Of a DNA stretch of 64,000 bases, positions 37,695 through 47,427 are shown piece after piece (the first letter of the stretch is position 1; each line of letters starts with the position of its first letter). A program made the position numbers and the translations under genes. The stretch lies in IMG/VR virus record IMGVR_UViG_3300027907_000553; one strand, given 5' to 3'. Source of the DNA: an uncultured virus (IMG/VR IMGVR_UViG_3300027907_000553) (Duplodnaviria > Heunggongvirae > Uroviricota > Caudoviricetes). The notes below the pieces were generated by a model that was not told the DNA's origin, ran no database searches, and was given only the letters and a program-made list of their open reading frames with translations.

Positions 37695-38639
37695 ATGCGT
37701 GTCCTTGGTGTGCTTGTGCTGTGCCTGCTAGCGGGATGTGCCGAACCCCCGCCGCCACCCCTGGTGCCTCCGCCGCCCGAGGACCTCTCGACGTGGTCTG
37801 TTCCTGAAGTGGTAAGCCCGGCACCGGTCTCCGCCGCTGCTGAGGTGCCCCCAGCCAAAGAGGCGCCCCCAACTCTCGCCGAGAAAGTCTATGCCTACAC
37901 GCGTGGTGGCACGTATCTGGCACCTGTCAGCCTCGGCTTTCCACTCGATATTGTCTTTGGCCCCGGCGAGGAAGTCCATACGCTCACCGATGGGGACCGG
38001 ACGCCCCAGGAGGAGGGCAAGGTCCGCAAGTGGCAGGTGCTCCAGGGCAAAGAAGGGAGTGGCGCGGCCACGACGCGCCATCATGTGTTCGTCACCGCGA
38101 GTGAGGTGGGGTTACGCAATGGCATCATCGTCACGACCACGAAGCAGACGTATTACATTACCCTGGAGAGTGTCGCCAAGTCGCCAATCCGCGTGCTGCG
38201 GTGGAAAGAGGAGGGCGATCCGCCCAAGCCTGCCCCCGCCCAGGCGCCACTCTTGCCGGCCCCAGAGAGCCCCACGCGCTACCACGTCGGCTACACCGTC
38301 GAGTCCGTGCACCAGCCGCCCCCGTCCTGGGTGCCACGCGTGTATGACGACGGCAAAAAAATGTACATCGTGTATCCCGAGGTGACGCTCTTTGAAACGG
38401 TTCCCCTGGTCCGCAAGGTCGGGCCTCAGGGGCCACAACTCATCAATGCCCGGCAGTATTTGAACGTCGTCATCCTCGACGAACTCGCGGGCCGTTTGGA
38501 GCTCCGGGTAGGGATTGGCGAGCAGGCGGAAGTCGTGACGGTGACACGCGCACGGTTACGCACCATCCAGTGCCCCGACGATGCCGAGTGCCCCCGCTGG
38601 CCCGCGGCGGCGCAGCACTTAGTAGGGAGGCGACCATGA
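37695..38639 (+). CDS. VirB9/TrbG-like protein with lipobox
   Basis: LLAGC; DIVFGPGE; WVPRVYDDGKKMYI. Confidence 0.85.
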   Translation: MRVLGVLVLCLLAGCAEPPPPPLVPPPPEDLSTWSVPEVVSPAPVSAAAEVPPAKEAPPTLAEKVYAYTRGGTYLAPVSLGFPLDIVFGPGEEVHTLTDGDRTPQEEGKVRKWQVLQGKEGSGAATTRHHVFVTASEVGLRNGIIVTTTKQTYYITLESVAKSPIRVLRWKEEGDPPKPAPAQAPLLPAPESPTRYHVGYTVESVHQPPPSWVPRVYDDGKKMYIVYPEVTLFETVPLVRKVGPQGPQLINARQYLNVVILDELAGRLELRVGIGEQAEVVTVTRARLRTIQCPDDAECPRWPAAAQHLVGRRP

Positions 38640-39766
38640 GAGGCGCCGTCTATACCAATCCCATGGCCTCACCCCCCGTCACCGGACGCTCCTTTGGGCG
38701 CCTCATGCTTGCCTTCGTCGCCATCGTGGTGCTTGCCCTGGTCGTGGTGGGCGGGATCTTGTACCTGCGCCGGACGTCGGCCACGACCGCCGCGCCCGCG
38801 GAAAAGCCGGTGCGTACCTGGAAGAGCCAGAGCATCTATCCGACGCAGGACAAAGACCCCATCGTCCGCGACCTGACCGTCCAGGCACTCCCCACCGTCC
38901 CCGCGCCAGCGCCCGATACAGTCGGGCCACGGCTGGACGCGCTGGAGCGTCAATCGAAGAACATCTTGCACGCGCTCGAAACCCTCCAGCATCCCCTGCC
39001 CGCCAATCGCGGTCCGCTCCAGGCTCCTCCTCGGCAGGCCCCCAGGAAGGAGCCCCCGAAGCCGCCATCGCCCGCACTCCTCATTACCAACAAGGTGGAG
39101 CCCTCGCCCCCGCCAGAGACGACTCCCCTGTACACGCTCGCCCCTGGTGCTACCAAGGTGCCGTTTGTTCTTGAGACCAAGATTATCTCTGATGTCGAAG
39201 GGAAACTTACCGGGCGCGTCACCACGAACGTCTATGACACGGCGACGGGGCGCCATCTCCTCATTCCCCAGGGTTCGACCATCCTCGGCGATACGCAGAG
39301 TAGCAAGCTCCTCTACGGCAATGAACGCCTCGACACTGTGACGCTCAAACTGGCCTTTCCCGATGGCCGTAGCGTGGACCTGGGCCAGGCGCCCATTACG
39401 GATCAGGATGGTGTGTCCGGGATGGGAGGTGATGTAAACCAACACTATGGCAGATTGTTAGCGGCCGTCCTCATTCAGGGCGTCCTCAAGGGTGGAACGA
39501 CTTCGATTACCGTCGCTGCGAACGAAGCTGCCGGCGTGGGGCACATCGCGTCGAGTGTCGCAGGTATTGGGGCACAGGCGGGAACCCGCATTACGGGACC
39601 ACTCCTGAGTACGAAACCCACCATTACCGTGGAGGCGGGCCAGCTCGGTAACGTCATCTTACTACAACCGCTCAAGCTTCCGGCTATGTGGCAGGACGGG
39701 GAACCGCGGGAGGTCCCGAAGCCTACGCATGCAACGACACCCAAATCGACCCCACTCAGGAGATGA
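38636..39766 (+). CDS. VirB10/TrbI-like protein
   Basis: NVYDTATGRHLLIPQGS, FPDGRSVDL, DVNQHYGRL, PTITVEAG. Confidence 0.92.
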   Translation: MRGAVYTNPMASPPVTGRSFGRLMLAFVAIVVLALVVVGGILYLRRTSATTAAPAEKPVRTWKSQSIYPTQDKDPIVRDLTVQALPTVPAPAPDTVGPRLDALERQSKNILHALETLQHPLPANRGPLQAPPRQAPRKEPPKPPSPALLITNKVEPSPPPETTPLYTLAPGATKVPFVLETKIISDVEGKLTGRVTTNVYDTATGRHLLIPQGSTILGDTQSSKLLYGNERLDTVTLKLAFPDGRSVDLGQAPITDQDGVSGMGGDVNQHYGRLLAAVLIQGVLKGGTTSITVAANEAAGVGHIASSVAGIGAQAGTRITGPLLSTKPTITVEAGQLGNVILLQPLKLPAMWQDGEPREVPKPTHATTPKSTPLRR

Positions 39767-39770
39767 TCCG

Positions 39771-40496
39771 ATGACCAGAGTAGAACGTGCTGCCGAGAAA
39801 CTACGCAAGGAGAGAGCCAGGATCGTAGAACTGGAGCGTGAATTTAAAGCGCGACGGATGGAGCAGCGTACGAAAACACGCCAGGCAGAAGCCGTCGTGC
39901 GGGAGCAGGCCCGTCACCACGAAAATAAATGGCGTTTCCAAGTCGGCTCCCTGGCTTCCCAGGCAGGCTTGCGCGATTGGCCCACTGCTGATCTCATCCT
40001 CATTTTCCGGGCGCTGGCGAGTTTGCGCGACGTGACTCAGGCTCTCGCCGTGCTGGAAGCGGGCCTTGGGGTCCTCACACAGGGCGACTTCCAGGGATTG
40101 AGCGATCGTGTGACTGATCTCTCTGATGCCTGGGATATTCCTTATCAGAACCAAGACCTCTCCCTTCATCCCATCAAGGCGAGCGGCTCAGGCATTGTCT
40201 ATATCCTCCAAACAGAAGAATCACCTTTGCTCAAAATTGGCTGGACGGCCAATATGCGCCTCCGTGTCAAAGAATTGCAGACAGGGTGCCCTGCCCCATT
40301 GCGGGTGCTCCGAACATATTATTGCTATGACGCCGAACTGATCGAGGCGGAAGTCCATCGGCATCTTGCGGAGGTGCGCCGCCACGGCGAGTGGTTTGAA
40401 ACAGATCTGGAGACCGTGGATGAGCTGGTGATGAAGCTGTGTACCCCGGTTTTGGAACTCACACGCTATCTTGAGCCCGCGTCGGGGCATGGCTGA
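39771..40496 (+). CDS. Mobilisation-accessory-like coiled coil fused to a GIY-YIG/T5orf172 domain
   Basis: FQVGSLASQAGL in the N-part; VYILQ..LKIGWT..RVKELQTGCP..HGEWF in the C-part. Confidence 0.75.
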   Translation: MTRVERAAEKLRKERARIVELEREFKARRMEQRTKTRQAEAVVREQARHHENKWRFQVGSLASQAGLRDWPTADLILIFRALASLRDVTQALAVLEAGLGVLTQGDFQGLSDRVTDLSDAWDIPYQNQDLSLHPIKASGSGIVYILQTEESPLLKIGWTANMRLRVKELQTGCPAPLRVLRTYYCYDAELIEAEVHRHLAEVRRHGEWFETDLETVDELVMKLCTPVLELTRYLEPASGHG

Positions 40497-40507
40497 AGTG
40501 TTTCCTC

Positions 40508-40549
40508 GCAGATCGCAAATATCATTTGCGATCTGCCTAACAGCGCTTT
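40508..40549 (+). other. Putative MOBQ-type oriT
   Basis: Perfect 13-bp IR GCAGATCGCAAAT-atc-ATTTGCGATCTGC followed by TAACAGCGC (cf. RSF1010 TAAGTGCGC), upstream of the relaxase. Confidence 0.75.
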
Positions 40550-40690
40550 CCGGGTTTCTCTCCCCATTCTGCACCGTCGAGGGGGAAAAATCCCTGGCCC
40601 TGTCCTAGAGACTTCTGAGGAGTCTGACCGTAGGGAAGCGACGAGGAAGGGGCCAAGCGGCAGCGAAAGTTTACACCCCAAGGCAGGGAT

Positions 40691-41788
40691 ATGGCGCATC
40701 TGGGATTTACGCGGACGGTGTATAAGAGTGGCAGCGCAGACAAGGCGGCAGCGCGGATCGAATACATCACGGGGCACACGATCATGCCGCTGGATCAGAC
40801 CACCCGTGAACTCCGGTACCTTACCGAAGGCCGGGAAGATTTGGTCAAGGAAGGCACCCGCAACCTGCCGACCTGGGCCGCGTCTGCCCATGCCTACTTT
40901 GCGGCTGCCGAGCGCTATGAAGGTGGGGGCGAACACCGACAGTATAATGCATTTGAGGAGTGGAAGATTCTCCTGCCCTACGAACTGAGCCGCGCCCAGA
41001 ACGAAGCGTTGGTCGAGGACCTCCTAGATACGATAGTCGGCACGGCCCTGCCGTGCACCTATGCCTTTCATGAGCCCCGGACGCTCAGTGGGTCACGGCC
41101 ACAGCCCCACATCCATCTACTCCTGTCTGCCCGGCGCAATGACGAACACGTCCGCACGGTCGAGACGCACTTTAAACGCCATAACCGCACGCATCCTGAG
41201 CGCGGGGGCGCGCAGAAAGACGAGACGTTTCGCGCCTTGGGGGCGGTGAAGGCTCATCGCCTCATGATTTCCGACATCGTGAACCTGCATCTGGAGCTGC
41301 ATGGGCAGGGTGCCAGGGTGCATCCTGACTCGCTCCAAGCGCGTGGTATCGACCGCACACCGGAACCCAAACTGTTGCCGAGTGAAAGCCAGAAATATCG
41401 AGAGAAGGGAATCAAAACTGAACGGGTCCAGGACGTATTAGCGATCCGCCAGGCCCGCGCTACCCAACCTCCCCGCGAACAGAACAATGCCCGGCAGTAT
41501 TGGGAGCAACGCAAAGCGTTCTTGGGCATTACGCGGGACATGCCGCACGCGCAGAAGCTCGCGCACATTTTGCTGAAGCGCCATGGCAGACCAGATCGCG
41601 TGCCGGTGCGTTACCGGACGCTGCTGCAGCAGCCGCCATCCCGTACGCAGGAGCCCAGGCGAGAGCGGGGTGGACAGGTGCAGCGGCTCGCACGGGTCCT
41701 CGTGGCGCAGCTGGAAGATACCCGTGCGCAGGGCACGCTGCGCGTGCGACTGCATGAGCCAGAGCAGGGTCAGGGGATGGGGATATGA
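40691..41788 (+). CDS. MobA/MobL (MOBQ) relaxase
   Basis: AAARIEYIT, NLPTWA, LPYELS, AFHEP..QPHIHLLLSAR. Confidence 0.92.
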   Translation: MAHLGFTRTVYKSGSADKAAARIEYITGHTIMPLDQTTRELRYLTEGREDLVKEGTRNLPTWAASAHAYFAAAERYEGGGEHRQYNAFEEWKILLPYELSRAQNEALVEDLLDTIVGTALPCTYAFHEPRTLSGSRPQPHIHLLLSARRNDEHVRTVETHFKRHNRTHPERGGAQKDETFRALGAVKAHRLMISDIVNLHLELHGQGARVHPDSLQARGIDRTPEPKLLPSESQKYREKGIKTERVQDVLAIRQARATQPPREQNNARQYWEQRKAFLGITRDMPHAQKLAHILLKRHGRPDRVPVRYRTLLQQPPSRTQEPRRERGGQVQRLARVLVAQLEDTRAQGTLRVRLHEPEQGQGMGI

Positions 41789-41814
41789 GCACACCTGTTA
41801 GAGGGAGACACGTC

Positions 41815-42837
41815 ATGAGGAGACGCGGAGGCGCCGGGCTCTGGCTTGGCCTGCTATTGTGGGGAGCAACCGCCTGGGGTGCCACGTATTACGTGAGTCC
41901 GTCAGGCAGCGATGGCAACGCCGGAAGTGAGGGGCAACCCTTTCGCACGGTGGCCCGCGGCCTCCAGTCCCTGGCCTCGGGCGATACCCTCTACTTGCGT
42001 GGGGGCAATTATGGCGAAGAGATCAATCCGACCGTGGGCGGCATTCCCAACGGTGGGGGGAGCTGGGCGACGGCCACCACGATTGCCGGGTATCCAGGGG
42101 AAACGGCGCAGATTGGCCGGATTAATCTGGGTGACGGCGGCGGGTTTGCGTGGATGCGCTTTACCAACCTGACCCTCCCCTCGGTGTTTCTGGCCGGCGA
42201 TACGCATCACATCCGTGTCGATGGGTCCGACATTGCCTACAGTCCCAATCACGGCATTGCGGGCGGCGGCGGCTTCCACGAGTTTGTGAGTAATAAGATT
42301 CACGATGCCTATTACTACGGCACGTATTGGGCCGGGCATGACACCCTCTTTGAAAATAATGACTTCTACAACAACGGCGGCTATGCCGTCCATCTCTATA
42401 ATACCGGGGCAACCAATGTGAGTGAGAATGTGATCCGCAACAACCGGATTACGGGCAATGGCTTGCGCCATAACGACCAGCATTCCGGTGGGGTTATCCT
42501 CTCCCACGGCACCAACAACCAGGCCTATAACAATCTCATTGATGGCAACTTTGCCGGGGTGCAGGTGGATTATGATTGCGTCGAGTGCCAGGTGCATGAC
42601 AATACGATTAGCAACAACCTGACCTATAGTATCCAGGTGGGGCGCGCGGTCAACACGCACATCTGGGGTAACACCATTACCGGGAATGGCAACGACGGGA
42701 TTGCGGACACGGGGAGCGGGACCACGACGGAGCCAGGGGCGCCACCGCGGCCGGGGACACCCGAGTCCCCAGGGGGAGGACCTGCGCCCCGGCTTCCGCC
42801 CCGGACCACCACCACGCTTGCCGCAGGGAATCCCTGA
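41815..42837 (+). CDS. Secreted right-handed beta-helix protein, paralog of 20594..23053
   Basis: WGATYYVSPSGSD, TIAGYPGET, AGDTHH, YNNLIDGNF. Confidence 0.85.
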   Translation: MRRRGGAGLWLGLLLWGATAWGATYYVSPSGSDGNAGSEGQPFRTVARGLQSLASGDTLYLRGGNYGEEINPTVGGIPNGGGSWATATTIAGYPGETAQIGRINLGDGGGFAWMRFTNLTLPSVFLAGDTHHIRVDGSDIAYSPNHGIAGGGGFHEFVSNKIHDAYYYGTYWAGHDTLFENNDFYNNGGYAVHLYNTGATNVSENVIRNNRITGNGLRHNDQHSGGVILSHGTNNQAYNNLIDGNFAGVQVDYDCVECQVHDNTISNNLTYSIQVGRAVNTHIWGNTITGNGNDGIADTGSGTTTEPGAPPRPGTPESPGGGPAPRLPPRTTTTLAAGNP

Positions 42838-42881
42838 CGCCGCTAAGGCCGATGGCGGCGCCATCGGAGGCAAGTACGGGA

Positions 42882-43988
42882 CTACTGCGGCTGCACGGTG
42901 CAGCCGGTGGGATCGCCCACCAGTGTGCGTCCTTGGACCTGGATCGTGCCAAAACAATCGGGGCCAATGGGGGCGGCATTGTCCGCCAGGACCGAGTTGC
43001 GCAGGATGACCGTGCCTGCGAAGTTGTTGATGCCCCCGCCCGTGCCCTGGAGGATCAAGCGGTTGTGGGTAATGGTGGAGCGCCGTACCTCGACCGTGCC
43101 GGCTTCCACAAAGATGCCGCCGCCAAAGTTGACCGCCTCGTTCCCAACCATGGCGACATCGCGCAGCGTCACCTGCCCCCCCTGGAGGTTGAGCGCCCCG
43201 CCGCGCACGCCTGCGCCATTATCCAAGAACACCGTGTTACGGACGTCGAGTTCGCCCACGCCATCGGCGCCGCCGCCGTGGTTGAGAAAGGCGATATTGC
43301 CAGCAATGATGGAGTTGCGGATGATGACCCGGCCCGCCGCGGGATCGAAGCCTATGCCCCCGCCCGACTCGGCGAGGTTGTCGGCAATGAGGCACCCGTC
43401 AATGAAGGTCGGCCCCAGGATGGCGACCCCCCCGGAGACGAAGTCGGCCGTGTTGCCGGTAATGGCACAGCGCAGGAGCCGCAGCGTGCCCCCAAAGCCA
43501 TTGTGAATCCCGCCCCCGATCCAGGCTTCATTCTCGACGGTTTCCACATCTTGTACGAGGAGATCACCCTGGTTAAAGACCGCGCCGCCTCTGTTGAAGA
43601 AGACCGGCGAGACGGCGCCGCCACGGATGGTCAGGCCTTCGAGCGTCACCCGCCCCGAGGGGCCAATATGCAGGAGGCGAAAGAGTGGCGTATCGAGGGC
43701 GTCATCCCGCGCCAGGGTGGTCTGGGAGACACCGGCGCCCCGGATGGTGAGGTTGCCGAGGATAATGGGCGTGGCGGTGAAGCCGTTGACGTCATCCCCA
43801 TTATCCTGCCGCGTGAAGGTAAAGGTTGAGGCGTCGAGCTCGATCACGTCGTCGCGTGCAGGTTGCAGGTTACTGCGGGCGATCGCCGTTTTGATGCACT
43901 CGGCATCCCCGGCCGTGCAGGGAAAGACGCGGGCCATAGCCGGGGGAACCACGATGAGAATGAAGAGCAGGGAGAGTAGGGAACGCAT
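42882..43988 (-). CDS. Secreted beta-helix protein with Pmp-like GG(A/G) repeats
   Basis: Signal peptide; repeated GNxA..GGG. Confidence 0.75.
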   Translation of the reverse strand: MRSLLSLLFILIVVPPAMARVFPCTAGDAECIKTAIARSNLQPARDDVIELDASTFTFTRQDNGDDVNGFTATPIILGNLTIRGAGVSQTTLARDDALDTPLFRLLHIGPSGRVTLEGLTIRGGAVSPVFFNRGGAVFNQGDLLVQDVETVENEAWIGGGIHNGFGGTLRLLRCAITGNTADFVSGGVAILGPTFIDGCLIADNLAESGGGIGFDPAAGRVIIRNSIIAGNIAFLNHGGGADGVGELDVRNTVFLDNGAGVRGGALNLQGGQVTLRDVAMVGNEAVNFGGGIFVEAGTVEVRRSTITHNRLILQGTGGGINNFAGTVILRNSVLADNAAPIGPDCFGTIQVQGRTLVGDPTGCTVQPQ

Positions 43989-44701
43989 AGGAGACCTCCA
44001 CAGTGAGAAGAGAAGAAAGAAGCGGACCAGCATGGTCTGCTACGTGCCACCTATCATACGCTTCTTGCGTGGTGGTGTCCGCTCAGATGGGTTGCCGATA
44101 ATAGCCATCGTGCCGCACGCCGCCATCGTCGTCGCCGCCGTGCTGCTCGCGGCGGCGGAGCTCGGTCTCCCAGACGCTGACGGCCTCGCGGTAGCACGTG
44201 CCACAGTTGCCACAGCACAGATAGATCCACCAGCCGTCCCGGCTCGGGGTGGCGTAGCGGGCGTCGGCCAGGTTATGGGCGTGCGGCTCGGGGTGTAGGG
44301 CGGGACAGGAGAATGTCACCTTTTCTCTCCGCACGGCAAAGCGTGGGTGACTGAGCGCCACGCTTTGCCGTGAATAATAGCGTGGACGATACGGGGGGAC
44401 ACCTGGAACTGCCGGGCAAGCGCGGTTTGAATGCCCCACTCCTTCTGGCGGGCCTGCCAGAGGCGCAGAATGTCCTGCGCGATGGCATTGGTGATGGTGG
44501 CCTGGGGGTGCTGCTCCCCCCGCACGTACCGCACGCTGTCGTCATGGGGATACATGGGCGGTCTCCTTCCCAAGTGGTTGCGGCAGAGGGTTCCTCGACC
44601 GTTTGGGTTGTAGAGAGGGTTGTGTCGAGTATTCTCGTACTAATGTCCTACTAAAATCCTCACATTTAGTATGTCCATCAAGCGCGCGTGTGTCGTACGG
44701 C

Positions 44702-44977
44702 TCAGGAATTCGCCAGGCACAGCAAGGTATCCGCATGGCAGAGGTCCCCCTCACGACACCAACACGCCAGGTCGCGGCCTTTGAGCCCCGCAACGTGCGC
44801 CGCCTGGAGGGCGGGTGCGAGATTCGTCAGGCTTGCCTCGTGCAACCGGACGGCCTCCGCGCGGCCATAGTCCTGGACGCGGTAGGGATTGCCCCAGCGG
44901 GTCGGCCGGCCGACGTAGACCGCCCCCGCTGGCATGCGCCAGCCCTTCGTACGCTTTACTTGGATACGGCGTGGCAT
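44702..44977 (-). CDS. DUF4326-like protein
   Basis: VYVGRPTRWGNPY..LKGRDLACWC..CHADTL. Confidence 0.85.
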   Translation of the reverse strand: MPRRIQVKRTKGWRMPAGAVYVGRPTRWGNPYRVQDYGRAEAVRLHEASLTNLAPALQAAHVAGLKGRDLACWCREGDLCHADTLLCLANS

Positions 44978-45005
44978 CGGTGCCTCCTCTCCTCCTGCGT
45001 GTGGG

Positions 45006-46115
45006 CTACTCAGAAAAGAAGTCGATGTCCTCGTCGGGCTGCTTCTCGAACTCAGGACGGCGCTCCTCGCGTGCCACGTCCCCTTGGCCCTCCTGCGGGC
45101 TCTTCGTCGCTCCTGCGGGCTGCTGGGGGCCTTCCTGGGCATTGTCGTGCACCGTCCCTTTTTTCTTTTGCAGGTCCTCATAGAGCATCGCCAGGGTGGT
45201 CGGTTCCTCCAGGTCGGGATAGCTGGCCGCGGTCCGCTCCCACCAGTCCGCGCGGGCCTCATAATCGAGACCGTTGGCGATCAGTACCTCTTCGATACGG
45301 CCCATGAGCGGGTTGGTGGGTTCTAAGGGCTTGGGGGTGGCTGCCGGAACGTAGGCGGTCGGGTCGACGCCCTCGCCATAGAGCGAGACGATGTTCTCCC
45401 GCTGGCGCTCTATGGGAATGTCCTGGCGCTCGCGCTCCTCCTCGTCGGCGAGCATGTCCCGGAACTCTGGCGTGAGGTGGACGTACTTCGCCACCCGTTT
45501 GAGCGCACTCTTGCGACACATCATGACGCGGTCTGTCACCCATGGACCGCCCTCGTGGGCGGGGCTGCGCCGGCGAATCGCATCGAGATCCTCCAGCGTC
45601 ACGACTTCAAACGCGCAGTCGCCCGACTTAAACATGATCGCCCCGTAGTAAAAGAGTTCGCGGCCGGCCTCTTTGCCGAGCGTCACCGCCGGCCGGTGGA
45701 TCGGGCGGTCCCCAAATAAATCGAACTCCCACTGGTCGCCCTCGTATACCGGATGCGCGAAGGCGCGGCGCACCTTGCCACTCCGCTCAAGGGCCAGGAT
45801 GATGCCAAAATAGTTGGCGACATACGTCGCTTCCTTCTGGCCGCCTTTGCGCCGGGAGCCAAACGGCAGCAAGTGGGCGTCCCGGCCTGGCAGCATCCCA
45901 TATGTGGCGCACTTAATGACCGCGTTGCGCAGGCTCTCGGTGGTGCACTCGCCGAGGGCGGGGCGGGAGGACAATTCCAGGTAGAGGGCGGCACGGAACT
46001 GCTCCGGGCTGATGTCGCGCGGGAGCAGCGACGGAACATGGGGCATGAGGCCCTGCATGGTCTGCACCAGCGGGGCGGCCAGGGCGGGGCGTTTACTCAC
46101 GGCGGTGTCGGCCAT
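45006..46115 (-). CDS. recT: RecT-family single-strand annealing protein
   Basis: LGECTTESL, AHLLPF, VYEGDQW, MCRKSALKR; acidic C-terminal tail. Confidence 0.9.
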   Translation of the reverse strand: MADTAVSKRPALAAPLVQTMQGLMPHVPSLLPRDISPEQFRAALYLELSSRPALGECTTESLRNAVIKCATYGMLPGRDAHLLPFGSRRKGGQKEATYVANYFGIILALERSGKVRRAFAHPVYEGDQWEFDLFGDRPIHRPAVTLGKEAGRELFYYGAIMFKSGDCAFEVVTLEDLDAIRRRSPAHEGGPWVTDRVMMCRKSALKRVAKYVHLTPEFRDMLADEEERERQDIPIERQRENIVSLYGEGVDPTAYVPAATPKPLEPTNPLMGRIEEVLIANGLDYEARADWWERTAASYPDLEEPTTLAMLYEDLQKKKGTVHDNAQEGPQQPAGATKSPQEGQGDVAREERRPEFEKQPDEDIDFFSE

Positions 46116-46350
46116 CGGCGTCGTCTCCTTGAGAGGTGTAGGGGGAGGGCTCGATCCAGTGCCCCTGCTGTTGTTCCATGCGGGCAAAGAGATGCACCGC
46201 CTCTTCCAGCATGGCGGTGCGGGTCAATCCACGCCGCTGGGCATAGGTGTCCAAGATGCCCAGCGTGTACGCAGAGAGTCGGAAATGCGTCGGGTATTTC
46301 TTTGATCGTTCCATGGCTATAGTATATGTCTTGTGGCTACATCGTGTCAA
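46093..46350 (-). CDS. RHH-like regulator
   Basis: PTHFRLSAYTLGILDTYAQRRGLTRTAMLEEAV. Confidence 0.6.
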   Translation of the reverse strand: MTRCSHKTYTIAMERSKKYPTHFRLSAYTLGILDTYAQRRGLTRTAMLEEAVHLFARMEQQQGHWIEPSPYTSQGDDADGRHRRE

Positions 46351-47211
46351 GGATGCTCAAACTGTTTGTTGACGACCTCCAGGCATCGCGGCATCCGTGC
46401 CCCGACCCAGGTGAGGATGGGCGCCTTGAGCCGGGTGCGTTCGCCCTCAGTAAACGGCGTGGTGCGCTGCTGGAGCGCTTTGACCCAGGCGCGCTGGTCG
46501 GGCGTGAGCGCGCTCGTAGGGTCGAGCGCCATACCTACGAGGCACAGCCGCAGCACGCAGTCGCGCACGGCAGTGTTGGGGACGTCGGGGACCTCGCCTT
46601 TCCTGAGTTCTTTGTAGACTCTATCCACGGGGGGTCTCCCTTACGCGCTTCAGGGCTGCACGGAGCGCAGCATTATAGGCTTGGGCGGCTGCCTGGGTGC
46701 CGTGGACATCCCCGCTGAAGGCGCATTGGCTGAGCCGCTCGTAGGTCTCTTCCACCTGCGCATCGTCACTCACGGCCCGGCACTCGTCGGTCGTCGCGTC
46801 CGCCATGGTGTGGTTGCAGATGTGGGCACAGGCGATATAGACGGCGCGTTGCGCCGGTGTGAGCCAGGTGGGGCAGGGGGTCGCTTCGGTGGTCATCGGT
46901 GTCTCCTCAAAACAGGGTGAGTTGGTCGCCTGGTGGTGGCCTTGTGGACGCCAGCCACGCCAGTGTCATATCAAGCACCCGCTCGCGCAGGGGGCCGGAG
47001 AAACACAGCGTGGCGCCGGTCGCATCCGTGCGGCTCAGGTGGTCTTCAAGGGTGTCCCACACGGGGAAGGGCATGCGTGGCGTCCCACGCAACACCATCG
47101 CCGTAAGAAAGCGGCGAAAGGTGTCTTCAAGTGGTGACGGCATAGTGTTCCCCTTTAAAGTAAAAAGCCTGATTTGTCACGCACAAGAGCCGAAAAAATA
47201 CGGTTTTTTGC

Positions 47212-47427
47212 TTGACGAAGTGCCGATGTTTTTGACGAAGTGCCGATGGTGAGCATCGGCACTTTATTTCCGCGTCGTTACTAGACAAAACCACTAAAAA
47301 CCCCCCAAGTGCCGATGTGCCGATGTTTGTGGGGGGATGTCGGCGCCTCACACACTTTTACACAAGTGCCGATGATTTACACTTCGTTCGGCACTTCGGC
47401 ACATCGGCATCATCGGCACTTCGTCAA
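47212..47427. repeat. Iteron-like repeat cluster, putative replication origin
   Basis: About 10 (AAG)TGCCGATG copies in both orientations; 17-mer TTGACGAAGTGCCGATG at 47212 and 47232, inverted at 47411-47427. Confidence 0.8.

Noticed and set aside
47212..47427. CRISPR or guide-array reading of the TGCCGATG repeats
   Set aside because: Irregular spacing and mixed orientation fit iterons better
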